NCBI GenBank assembly: GCA_965207445.1 | Contig: CBDBLX010000002.1 | Coordinates: 1,879,849-1,943,848 of the forward strand | From: Nitrosopumilus sp. | GTDB lineage: Archaea > Thermoproteota > Nitrososphaeria > Nitrososphaerales > Nitrosopumilaceae | DNA: 64,000 bases | Direction of reading: 5' to 3' | In this document: in pieces, positions 42,401 to 53,500 of the stretch | How positions within the stretch are numbered: position 1 is the stretch's first letter | Layout: every line of letters begins with the position of its first letter | Position numbers and translations under genes: made by a program | The notes under the pieces: model-generated | Database searches by the model: none | Seen by the model: only the letters and a program-made list of their open reading frames with translations | What the model was told of the DNA's origin: nothing

Positions 42401-44147
42401 CACTAGTAGTTATGGCTCTATCAGGGGTAATGATATCAACCCAACTGTCATCATCACGGTTTGACTCGTAGGTGAATCTTGCATAATCGGTTACGGACTG
42501 TACATCTGCATTTGCAATGGCATAATAGCCAACAAAGGCAAGTGCATCATAAAAATAGATCAAACCTCGTGACACTTGTAGTATACCAGTACTCGGATCG
42601 CGAAACACATACTCATCCCAGTATGTAGTCCCATCAGGAACATCTTCGAACTCCCGTCCATCAGGGGCCCTGAGAGCCTGCCCAGATGGGACCGGTCCTA
42701 CAAAGTGCGGTGTTGCACCATGAGCTATGATATGAGTCTGATTTAGCACCACAGGATATACACCCAATCTGTTGAGCACACCAGAATTAATTACATCAAG
42801 TCCATTTTGCGGATCATGTCTGTATGTGTATAATGCCTCATCAAGTACTGCATGCAGTCTAATGTCAGGCAGAAATATACTTGCCCCAAATATCAGCCCA
42901 TCATAAAGAACCAAGTATGTATGTGTTAATTGATCTGTTCTAGTTGCAGAGTTAAAGTCCATATGCCATACCCAGATACCATCCTCGCCGGCATCTTGCA
43001 ATTGTGTCATAATTTGATCCAGAGGCATATCTGCCATCTCTAGTTGCTCAAAGCGCTCACCTACATTCATCGGCAGTCTTCCGTGCGCCAAAATGCTCAA
43101 TGTGTCAGCATCTAGCACAAAGTTTGATTTCATTGTAAATCGATCAAATGTATCAGGAGTTATTGAATCAAATGCATCTGTTTGGTGTGCCTTGTATAAT
43201 AGCAGTGCAGAGTGTGCTTGTGATTTTGCCTGAGAGTCAGGGGGATAATACCCAGACCCAAACACATAGCCATCATAGAGATATAGCCAAGTGAGTTTAA
43301 GTTCTATAATGTCATTTGCAGGATTATGAAATGTATACGTGACCCATGCAGAGCCTGTTGACTCTAGTTCTGCTTGAACATCTTGAACTGATCTAACAGC
43401 AGTGTCTAGTATGCGCTCTGGTTGTCCCACCCTTGCAGGCACCACACCATCTGCCACTCTGCTCCAATTTGCAAAGTCTATCACAAATGGATACAACTCA
43501 TCAGTTATAATGGCAGTATCAGGTGTTATCATATCAAAGGCATCCACACCATACATCTCATATGATAGTACCGTATTTTCTACTAGTAGTTGAACCTCAA
43601 AGTCTTCAATGTAGTAACCTGCAGCAAATATGTATCCATCATCATGCAAATAAAGCAGCGATTGTTTTGATTGCATTTGTCCGTTTTCAGGATTCGTCTC
43701 CATGTGCCTTAACCATATCTGCCGGTCTTGCTCCAAGTTTGATCGGATTTGAGCAGATGTTAGCTCTGCTATCTCAAATGCAGTTTGGCCCACGTATTCG
43801 TTGCCATTGCCGTGTGCGACGATCTCAAATGTGACATTATCAATTACCAGAGGGAAGGGTGCATCAGAGTTTGGCATGGTGTTGCCACTATTGGTAATCG
43901 TATCAAATGCTGTTTGTCTGTCTTGCTCGTAGATTGCAAGTGTATTGTTGACTGTCAGTTGCACTAGAGTGTTTATGTTGTTTTGGTCGTATTTGATTCG
44001 CTCTTGTGAATTATCATCTATTGCCCATGCTACGGGAATCATACATGCTATAGGAATCATACATGCTACAAATGCAATTAACATTATGTTACTAGTGATC
44101 AAAATTTTATTCTTTTGTCTGCTTTGATCATTTTTGAAATTTATCAT
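39462..44147 (-). CDS. Secreted protein composed of 12 tandem single-Cache-like domains
   Basis: Signal peptide, then 12 ~125-aa units each ending W..Y...(N/S)P.tg..e.K..(W/Y/F)L..dg..FG.GYY. Confidence 0.85.
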   Translation of the reverse strand: MINFKNDQSRQKNKILITSNIMLIAFVACMIPIACMIPVAWAIDDNSQERIKYDQNNINTLVQLTVNNTLAIYEQDRQTAFDTITNSGNTMPNSDAPFPLVIDNVTFEIVAHGNGNEYVGQTAFEIAELTSAQIRSNLEQDRQIWLRHMETNPENGQMQSKQSLLYLHDDGYIFAAGYYIEDFEVQLLVENTVLSYEMYGVDAFDMITPDTAIITDELYPFVIDFANWSRVADGVVPARVGQPERILDTAVRSVQDVQAELESTGSAWVTYTFHNPANDIIELKLTWLYLYDGYVFGSGYYPPDSQAKSQAHSALLLYKAHQTDAFDSITPDTFDRFTMKSNFVLDADTLSILAHGRLPMNVGERFEQLEMADMPLDQIMTQLQDAGEDGIWVWHMDFNSATRTDQLTHTYLVLYDGLIFGASIFLPDIRLHAVLDEALYTYRHDPQNGLDVINSGVLNRLGVYPVVLNQTHIIAHGATPHFVGPVPSGQALRAPDGREFEDVPDGTTYWDEYVFRDPSTGILQVSRGLIYFYDALAFVGYYAIANADVQSVTDYARFTYESNRDDDSWVDIITPDRAITTSDLYPFVIDADSWTRLADGVIPARVGQPERILDTSSRTVDEVLDDLRETGGVWVSYKFQNPATGVEQLKRTYLQLKDGLVFGSGFYIFDTHVQAVSHAYVIWLDYFGRDSVIDFLDGVPSRPYTTYVFAVDAQTNMTLAQRVDPALIDHVYDWDAITDVVSPDVIHETLRDDLGMWINYMHKNPITGEYEVKRAWLTLHNGIIFGTGYYASDIAAYDTRYAVYNAINIYYDNIEDDAWIDIITPDKPITSDAYYPFVINASSWTRVADGVVPARVGQPETILDTSSRSVEDVLEELEQKDSVWVTYIFHNPATGVEQLKRTYLVLRDGLVFGSGYYILDSQIQSDTHSIIIEYDRDGRDSALSSINQTLQMPISTYSFAADPATDTTLAQGVDFMTGINNAKYDWNSIIMEYEKQDLLNILSRGTGTWVSYKHVSPITGELELKHSWLVLHDETILGTGYYSHDIPATDSMFIVQNTIEIYENNKENGTSSWVDIITPDESIMTDALYPFVINASSWTRVADGVVPARVGQPETILDTSKRTVDDVLEELEQKGSVWVSYIFHNPATGVEQLKRSFLRLHDGLVFGSGYYVLDSMVQSMAHNVVLEYERDGKRYAINSVNTFDYNAPNTKYTFIVDTITGQTLAQGVNSYFLNYTYDWDSITDTHAESEILIDKLSLGSGLWTSYEHISPATGNLELKHSWLVLHDDLIFGAGYYSTDILETDVIFEVREAIEVYESNPGTWRDIITPDQQLTTDALYPFVINASSWTRVADGVVPARVGQPETILDTSYRSPADVILELNQKGSLWVSYIFHNPATGVEQLKRSFLQIHNDELIFGSGYYILEAEAQSATHNLVLEYGREGREAAISSASMILDSANKRYSFIVNSISDETLAQGVTLADVNEITDWSAITTVLSKQELLDRLRLGSGVWVDYNHTSPVTDQIESKRTWLILYDGLIFGTGYYTSDVRSEVVPGARVCR

Positions 44148-44536
44148 TTGTTATTACCATCCGTTATGAATTTACACGTTATACTTTTTGAACATTACGG
44201 TCTCATACAACTGCCGTCTCACCTGTTTTCTTCATTTTATTTATGTATAAGAATATTTGGTTCTCAGGTTATTTTAAAGGTAGTTGACGTATAGTTATCT
44301 GTAAATATATTAAATTTTGATAGTAAAAGACAATGCAAAATAAAATATGATTTTTTTCAAAAACTAGATAAAAATCACAGGTGGTTTTTTAATTCGTGTG
44401 ATCCAACCGACTCACACTTATCATCATTACATAATGGATACATACTAACAGTACAAAGGTCACAAGTCAGGTTTCTTTGGCCTGGACAGATCAACATCAG
44501 ATGGTTCGCTTGCGCGTTGATACCTGAGACGTTGCG

Positions 44537-47500
44537 TCACCCCACAGTAGACGTTGCAGTGACCACAATCAGTATGATTGCTTCATCCTCCCCACCTCTG
44601 TTGTCGTGTACACCAAACCACACATAATGTTCTCCAATGTCGCGGCCGTGTGGCAACCAGACCAGTTTTCCGGTATCGGAGTCAAATGTCGCATCAGTCA
44701 TGTTCGTGGAAAACACAAGCTTGTCAATTGGTTGATCCAAATCAACTACATCTAGATCAATCTCAAACATTTTTCCGACCGTGACTTTTATGTCCTGTTC
44801 AATAGGTAACAAGAGTACAGGAGGCTCGTTTGACTCTGCTACCTCAATTGAGACAGTCTGGCGTACGGGATCGGCTCTATGGTCAGATACTAATATGCTA
44901 AATACATGTACACCTTGCTGAGTCTCACCTGGCGTCCACTCAAAGACGCCCGTATCAGGATCGAGTGTTGCATTTTCCGGAGGTGAATCATATTTAGCAA
45001 ACGAGTAGACAAGTACATCACCATCTGCGTCAGTCGCGGCAAGATCAAGTCGTAACGGTATGTGCTCAGACACGACAACATGGTCCAGTGGATCAAATTT
45101 AGGAGATGTGTTTTGAATCGTGGTGACGTTGACTATGAGCGTGACCGTGTCAGTACCACCTGCAGGATCAGATACAGACATCTCCACATAATTCATACCA
45201 AAGTCCGATGCATGAGGCATCCAGGTAAAGCGTCCAGTATCAGGACTCATCCATGCATCAGTCATGTTTGTGCTAAACTTTAGTTTGTCACCGTCTGCAT
45301 CATATGCATCAAGATGCACAGTCACCGGAACGCCTAGTGTAGCGTTTCTTGGAGGTACATGCTCAAGTACAGGATTGTGGTTTTGAGTATGGTGTGGTTG
45401 TTCGTCTGCGGGTAGTGGTGTTCTCAGGGAAGATTCTGGTACGTTGTTGTCTGCAGGTAGTGGTGTTTCAGCAGGGGTGGTGGTGGTGGTAGTAGTAGTA
45501 GTAGTAGTGTTTTGGTTCTGTTGTGGATTATCTAGGGTAGGCGGTATTTCTGGACTAGTAAGCTCAGTGTCCGGACTCGTAATGTTGCCAGACGTGTTGT
45601 TATCATCTGCAGGGATTACCACTAGAGGTGTATTTTCAGTAGTAGTCGAGTCACTTGATTCTGCAGGTGATGGTGTCACAATAGCAGGTCCATCATACAC
45701 AGAATCAGACGTCCCATATGTACCATCATCAATTTCAGAGGACACATCAAATATTGACTGGAGTAGTTTCTCAAGTATTACATCAGGTAGGATTGACACC
45801 ACGCCATCATAAATGGTGTGTTTTGCATCATCAGTGTCGCCGGACTCACTAGGGCCAATACTCTCATAGGGTACATCATCACTAGTAGGTACATCTGGAA
45901 CTTGTCTTGTAGGTGCGTCTGGAACTTGTCGTGTAGGTGAATCTCGTATGTCTGTATCCGGGGCCGGTGGCGTGTACACACGTTCTGAATCATCTGCATC
46001 AGGTGGACTGATACTCTCTGTTCCTTTGGGTGTAGGTGTCACATCAGGCGTCGCTTGTGGATCAACTATTGTAGTATCTGGAGTATGTTCCATGTCATCG
46101 AGTCCATCTTGTGTTGAGTCAGATGCACTGGCAGGTGTGTCTTCTTGCGACATATCCCTTGTATCTATATTGGGCAGTATGTCAACAAGTGAGTCCCGTA
46201 CGTTTATGCCAGGAAGCACTCTGCTATGTATATCCGCAAATCGGATCACATCAGAGCATTGGTCTGATGTCAGGAGGAGAGGTGTGTTTACCTCCTTGCC
46301 GCTCCGATCACGTATGCTGATCTCAAATGACGTAGTGTCAGCAGGGAGTCCGGCATAGACAAAGACGTACAAGTTCACTGGTACACTTGAGAGAATATGT
46401 TCATCAAGGTTCACAAAGTTTGTAATATCTGACCCTGGGGTTGTAGTGTTGTCATATGTGATCGACGAGGAGAGGTTGTCACCGTATGTAGCAGCAAGTA
46501 GCGCAAGATATCTCTCGGGGCCGCACAAGTCATACGCAACGGCTATGGGGCTCAGTGTAAGGACCGAGCGGCCGCCATCTCCTCCGCCACCGCCGCCACC
46601 GCCACTCGATCGCGCGCCGTCTCTGGAATCTTGTCTTGGCTCATCGGACACGCGTACCGTACGCTTTGCGCCATCGGCTTCGTTTCCTGCAGTGTCTGTA
46701 CAGCTGTATGTAATTACATATGTTCCTGATACTGAGGTGTCAACGGGGTTTGACACGACAGGATTGATCGATCCATCTGTCTCATCAGTACATATAGCAC
46801 CCTCGTCTGCATATGACTGACCTCTTGTCACGGTGACATCTTGTGGGCCTACAAGTGAGATGATAGGTGGAGTAGTATCAGGCGCGGATACTATGACAAT
46901 GTCCCCGTATGCCACGGCATTTATCAAATTGCCCGCGGTGTCAGAGAACGCACCGGCACCCACCGCGAGTAGATGCGATGAGAGTGCCTCTATGTCAGCG
47001 CGCTGTTGTTCTGTGATTATAATCAGGATACGGGAGTCGTCCTCTGTAGTGACGACCATGGCGCCCGCCAATCCCACGCCGCCGGAGCCATCAGTATGGG
47101 ATACCGAGAGTTTGGCAGGATTAGTTGCAGATACATCCACGTGTTCGTCAAACGTAATTTCAAGTGTACGGTTGTTGTGGTCCAGGTTTAGCCGGGCAGA
47201 CAATACAATCGGGGGTGCTAGATCCTGCACGACTATTTGAGAAGTGGCAGAAATTTCATTGCCTACAATATCCACAAACGCCCCCGACTCCACTCTAAGA
47301 AGAGGAGAGGTCATATTCTGGATGACGGCAGCTTGCGGCCCCGTGAGGTTTATGACGACGACCGGTCCGTCCTCAACAGTGACGATAGTGGCGCCAGTTA
47401 GAACGACGTCTGGCAGTCCGGCGCTCTGTACGTATCGCACACCGGGCCCCTGCGACGCTTCCCACGTTGCGTGCTTGATTGTAGGTAAAGATATGTTTAC

Positions 47501-50500
47501 GCCTTGCGCGTGCCATACGCCCGCGGTAAACAGAGTCCGTTGCGAGCCTGCCACCGTCGGTGTGATGCTGGCAGTAGGATCGGTGCCTTCTGTGATGTAT
47601 ATCTCAGAGAGGTTTATGGCAGATATGTCGACTGGCCCATCAAACGTGATCGTAAGGGTACGTATCTCTGGATGCAGGTTCATCTCAGCTGATATGACCA
47701 CTGGAGGTTCTGTGTCCTGATCAGTTCCTGTCAGTATGGGCGTGGTAGATGCGGTGTTGGATGCGGGGCCCGTGCCCGCTATGTTAGTGGCATTGACGCG
47801 GAACTGGTATGCATTACCGTTAGTCAAGCCCGTGACAGTAGCAGAAGTTGTGCTCGTGACTGGATTGCCTGCAAACGCAGTCCACGAGGCGGCGCTACTC
47901 TGCTTGTATTCAACTGCATATCCGGTGATCTCAGAGTTGCCGTCATTTTCAGGTGCAGACCACGCCAGTTCTGCACGCGCGTTGCCCGCAGTGGCAGTTA
48001 GTCCCGTGGGGGCGTCAGGAGTCGTGTATACTTTGACTGTCCGTTGTATCTGGGCCGCTACGTTGTTAGAGTCATCCCGGCACGAGTATGTTACTGTATA
48101 ATCCTGGACAACAGACGTGTCTACTGAGCTGCTGTCGTCAGTTAATGTGGGTGCGGTGTCAAACGAGTCAGTACAAGTGGCACTTGCATCAGTATAGGTG
48201 GCACCGCGCTGCACAGAGACCGTGGCGGCACCAGTCAGTGTGATGACAGGTGCAGTGGTGTCTGTCACCTCGACGCTGCGCGACACTTGCGTTGCAGCAT
48301 TGTTTGCAGCATCAGTACAGTCGTATGTAACTACATAGGTTCCAAGCGTGCTTGGGTCTACAGTTTCACCGCCGACTGTGGCTGCCTTGTTCGGGTCGAT
48401 GTTATCTTGACATATAGCGCCAGGTTCAGTGTACGTGCCGCCTGCCTCGACGCGTACAAGCGACGGGGTGGTGATGGATATGGTGGGTGGGGTGGTGTCA
48501 GGTACGACGGGTGCGGTGGGCGTGGCGGACGCTACATTTGAGGTAGGTCCCGTGCCCGCTATGTTAGTGGCATTGACGCGGAACTGGTATGCATTACCGT
48601 TAGTCAAGCCCGTGACAGTAGCAGAAGTTGTGCTCGTGACTGGATTGCCTGCAAACGCAGTCCACGAGGCGGCGCTACTCTGCTTGTATTCAACTGCATA
48701 TCCGGTGATCTCAGAGTTGCCGTCATTTTCAGGTGCAGACCACGCCAGTTCTGCACGCGCGTTGCCCGCAGTGGCAGTTAGTCCCGTGGGGGCGTCAGGA
48801 GTCGTGTATACTTTGACTGTCCGTTGTATCTGGGCCGCTACGTTGTTAGAGTCATCCCGGCACGAGTATGTTACTGTATAATCCTGGACAACAGACGTGT
48901 CTACTGAGCTGCTGTCGTCAGTTAATGTGGGTGCGGTGTCAAACGAGTCAGTACAAGTGGCACTTGCATCAGTATAGGTGGCACCGCGCTGCACAGAGAC
49001 CGTGGCGGCACCAGTCAGTGTGATGACAGGTGCAGTGGTGTCTGTCACCTCGACGCTGCGCGACACTTGCGTTGCAGCATTGTTTGCAGCATCAGTACAG
49101 TCGTATGTAACTACATAGGTTCCAAGCGTGCTTGGGTCTACAGTTTCACCGCCGACTGTGGCTGCCTTGTTCGGGTCGATGTTATCTTGACATATAGCGC
49201 CAGGTTCAGTGTACGTGCCGCCTGCCTCGACGCGTACAAGCGACGGGGTGGTGATGGATATGGTGGGTGGGGTGGTGTCAGGTACGACGGGTGCGGTGGG
49301 CGTGGTAGATGCGGTGTTGGATGCGGGGCCCGTGCCCGCTATGTTAGTGGCATTGACGCGGAACTGGTATGCATTACCGTTAGTCAAGCCCGTGACAGTA
49401 GCAGAAGTTGTGCTCGTGACTGGATTGCCTGCAAACGCAGTCCACGAGGCGGCGCTACTCTGCTTGTATTCAACTGCATATCCGGTGATCTCAGAGTTGC
49501 CGTCATTTTCAGGTGCAGACCACGCCAGTTCTGCACGCGCGTTGCCCGCAGTGGCAGTTAGTCCCGTGGGGGCGTCAGGAGTCGTGTATACTTTGACTGT
49601 CCGTTGTATCTGGGCCGCTACGTTGTTAGAGTCATCCCGGCACGAGTATGTTACTGTATAATCCTGGACAACAGACGTGTCTACTGAGCTGCTGTCGTCA
49701 GTTAATGTGGGTGCGGTGTCAAACGAGTCAGTACAAGTGGCACTTGCATCAGTATAGGTGGCACCGCGCTGCACAGAGACCGTGGCGGCACCAGTCAGTG
49801 TGATGACAGGTGCAGTGGTGTCTGTCACCTCGACGCTGCGCGACACTTGCGTTGCAGCATTGTTTGCAGCATCAGTACAGTCGTATGTAACTACATAGGT
49901 TCCAAGCGTGCTTGGGTCTACAGTTTCACCGCCGACTGTGGCTGCCTTGTTCGGGTCGATGTTATCTTGACATATAGCGCCAGGTTCAGTGTACGTGCCG
50001 CCTGCCTCGACGCGTACAAGCGACGGGGTGGTGATGGATATGGTGGGTGGGGTGGTGTCAGGTACGACGGGTGCGGTGGGCGTGGCGGACGCTACATTTG
50101 AGGTAGGTCCCGTGCCCGCTATGTTAGTGGCATTGACGCGGAACTGGTATGCATTACCGTTAGTCAAGCCCGTGACAGTAGCAGAAGTTGTGCTCGTGAC
50201 TGGATTGCCTGCAAACGCAGTCCACGAGGCGGCGCTACTCTGCTTGTATTCAACTGCATATCCGGTGATCTCAGAGTTGCCGTCATTTTCAGGTGCAGAC
50301 CACGCCAGTTCTGCACGCGCGTTGCCCGCAGTGGCAGTTAGTCCCGTGGGGGCGTCAGGAGTCGTGTATACTTTGACTGTCCGTTGTATCTGGGCCGCTA
50401 CGTTGTTAGAGTCATCCCGGCACGAGTATGTTACTGTATAATCCTGGACAACAGACGTGTCTACTGAGCTGCTGTCGTCAGTTAATGTGGGTGCGGTGTC

Positions 50501-53500
50501 AAACGAGTCAGTACAAGTGGCACTTGCATCAGTATAGGTGGCACCGCGCTGCACAGAGACCGTGGCGGCACCAGTCAGTGTGATGACAGGTGCAGTGGTG
50601 TCTGTCACCTCGACGCTGCGCGACACTTGCGTTGCAGCATTGTTTGCAGCATCAGTACAGTCGTATGTAACTACATAGGTTCCAAGCGTGCTTGGGTCTA
50701 CAGTTTCACCGCCGACTGTGGCTGCCTTGTTCGGGTCGATGTTATCTTGACATATAGCGCCAGGTTCAGTGTACGTGCCGCCTGCCTCGACGCGTACAAG
50801 CGACGGGGTGGTGATGGATATGGTGGGTGGGGTGGTGTCAGGTACGACGGGTGCGGTGGGCGTGGCGGACGCTACATTTGAGGTAGGTCCCGTGCCCGCT
50901 ATGTTAGTGGCATTGACGCGGAACTGGTATGCATTACCGTTAGTCAAGCCCGTGACAGTAGCAGAAGTTGTGCTCGTGACTGGATTGCCTGCAAACGCAG
51001 TCCACGAGGCGGCGCTACTCTGCTTGTATTCAACTGCATATCCGGTGATCTCAGAGTTGCCGTCATTTTCAGGTGCAGACCACGCCAGTTCTGCACGCGC
51101 GTTGCCCGCAGTGGCAGTTAGTCCCGTGGGGGCGTCAGGAGTCGTGTATACTTTGACTGTCCGTTGTATCTGGGCCGCTACGTTGTTAGAGTCATCCCGG
51201 CACGAGTATGTTACTGTATAATCCTGGACAACAGACGTGTCTACTGAGCTGCTGTCGTCAGTTAATGTGGGTGTGGTGTCAAACGAGTCAGTACAAGTGG
51301 CACTTGCATCAGTATAGGTGGCACCGCGCTGCACAGAGACCGTGGCGGCACCAGTCAGTGTGATGACAGGTGCAGTGGTGTCTGTCACCTCGACGCTGCG
51401 CGACACTTGCGTTGCAGCATTGTTTGCAGCATCAGTACAGTCGTATGTAACTACATAGGTTCCAAGCGTGCTTGGGTCTACAGTTTCACCGCCGACTGTG
51501 GCTGCCTTGTTCGGGTCGATGTTATCTTGACATATAGCGCCAGGTTCAGTGTACGTGCCGCCTGCCTCGACGCGTACAAGCGACGGGGTGGTGATGGATA
51601 TGGTGGGTGGGGTGGTGTCAGGTACGACGGGTGCGGTGGGCGTGGCGGACGCTACATTTGAGGTAGGTCCCGTGCCCGCTATGTTAGTGGCATTGACGCG
51701 GAACTGGTATGCATTACCGTTAGTCAAGCCCGTGACAGTAGCAGAAGTTGTGCTCGTGACTGGATTGCCTGCAAACGCAGTCCACGAGGCGGCGCTACTC
51801 TGCTTGTATTCAACTGCATATCCGGTGATCTCAGAGTTGCCGTCATTTTCAGGTGCAGACCACGCCAGTTCTGCACGCGCGTTGCCCGCAGTGGCAGTTA
51901 GTCCCGTGGGGGCGTCAGGAGTCGTGTATACTTTGACTGTCCGTTGTATCTGGGCCGCTACGTTGTTAGAGTCATCCCGGCACGAGTATGTTACTGTATA
52001 ATCCTGGACAACAGACGTGTCTACTGAGCTGCTGTCGTCAGTTAATGTGGGTGCGGTGTCAAACGAGTCAGTACAAGTGGCACTTGCATCAGTATAGGTG
52101 GCACCGCGCTGCACAGAGACCGTGGCGGCACCAGTCAGTGTGATGACAGGTGCAGTGGTGTCTGTCACCTCGACGCTGCGCGACACTTGCGTTGCAGCAT
52201 TGTTTGCAGCATCAGTACAGTCGTATGTAACTACATAGGTTCCAAGCGTGCTTGGGTCTACAGTTTCACCGCCGACTGTGGCTGCCTTGTTCGGGTCGAT
52301 GTTATCTTGACATATAGCGCCAGGTTCAGTGTACGTGCCGCCTGCCTCGACGCGTACAAGCGACGGGGTGGTGATGGATATGGTGGGTGGGGTGGTGTCA
52401 GGTACGACGGGTGCGGTGGGCGTGGTAGATGCAGTGTTGGATGCGGGGCCCGTGCCCGCTATGTTAGTGGCATTGACGCGGAACTGGTATGCATTACCGT
52501 TAGTCAAGCCCGTGACAGTAGCAGAAGTTGTGCTCGTGACTGGATTGCCTGCAAACGCAGTCCACGAGGCGGCGCTACTCTGCTTGTATTCAACTGCATA
52601 TCCGGTGATCTCAGAGTTGCCGTCATTTTCAGGTGCAGACCACGCCAGTTCTGCACGCGCGTTGCCCGCAGTGGCAGTTAGTCCCGTGGGGGCGTCAGGA
52701 GTCGTGTATACTTTGACTGTCCGTTGTATCTGGGCCGCTACGTTGTTAGAGTCATCCCGGCACGAGTATGTTACTGTATAATCCTGGACAACAGACGTGT
52801 CTACTGAGCTGCTGTCGTCAGTTAATGTGGGTGTGGTGTCAAACGAGTCAGTACAAGTGGCACTTGCATCAGTATAGGTGGCACCGCGCTGCACAGAGAC
52901 CGTGGCGGCACCAGTCAGTGTGATGACAGGTGCAGTGGTGTCTGTCACCTCGACGCTGCGCGACACTTGCGTTGCAGCATTGTTTGCAGCATCAGTACAG
53001 TCGTATGTAACTACATAGGTTCCAAGCGTGCTTGGGTCTACAGTTTCACCGCCGACTGTGGCTGCCTTGTTCGGGTCGATGTTATCTTGACATATAGCGC
53101 CAGGTTCAGTGTACGTGCCGCCTGCCTCGACGCGTACAAGCGACGGGGTGGTGATGGATATGGTGGGTGGGGTGGTGTCAGGTACGACGGGTGCGGTGGG
53201 CGTGGTAGATGCAGTGTTGGATGCGGGGCCCGTGCCCGCTATGTTAGTGGCATTGACGCGGAACTGGTATGCATTACCGTTAGTCAAGCCCGTGACAGTA
53301 GCAGAAGTTGTGCTCGTGACTGGATTGCCTGCAAACGCAGTCCACGAGGCGGCGCTACTCTGCTTGTATTCAACTGCATATCCGGTGATCTCAGAGTTGC
53401 CGTCATTTTCAGGTGCAGACCACGCCAGTTCTGCACGCGCGTTGCCCGCAGTGGCAGTTAGTCCCGTGGGGGCGTCAGGAGTCGTGTATACTTTGACTGT

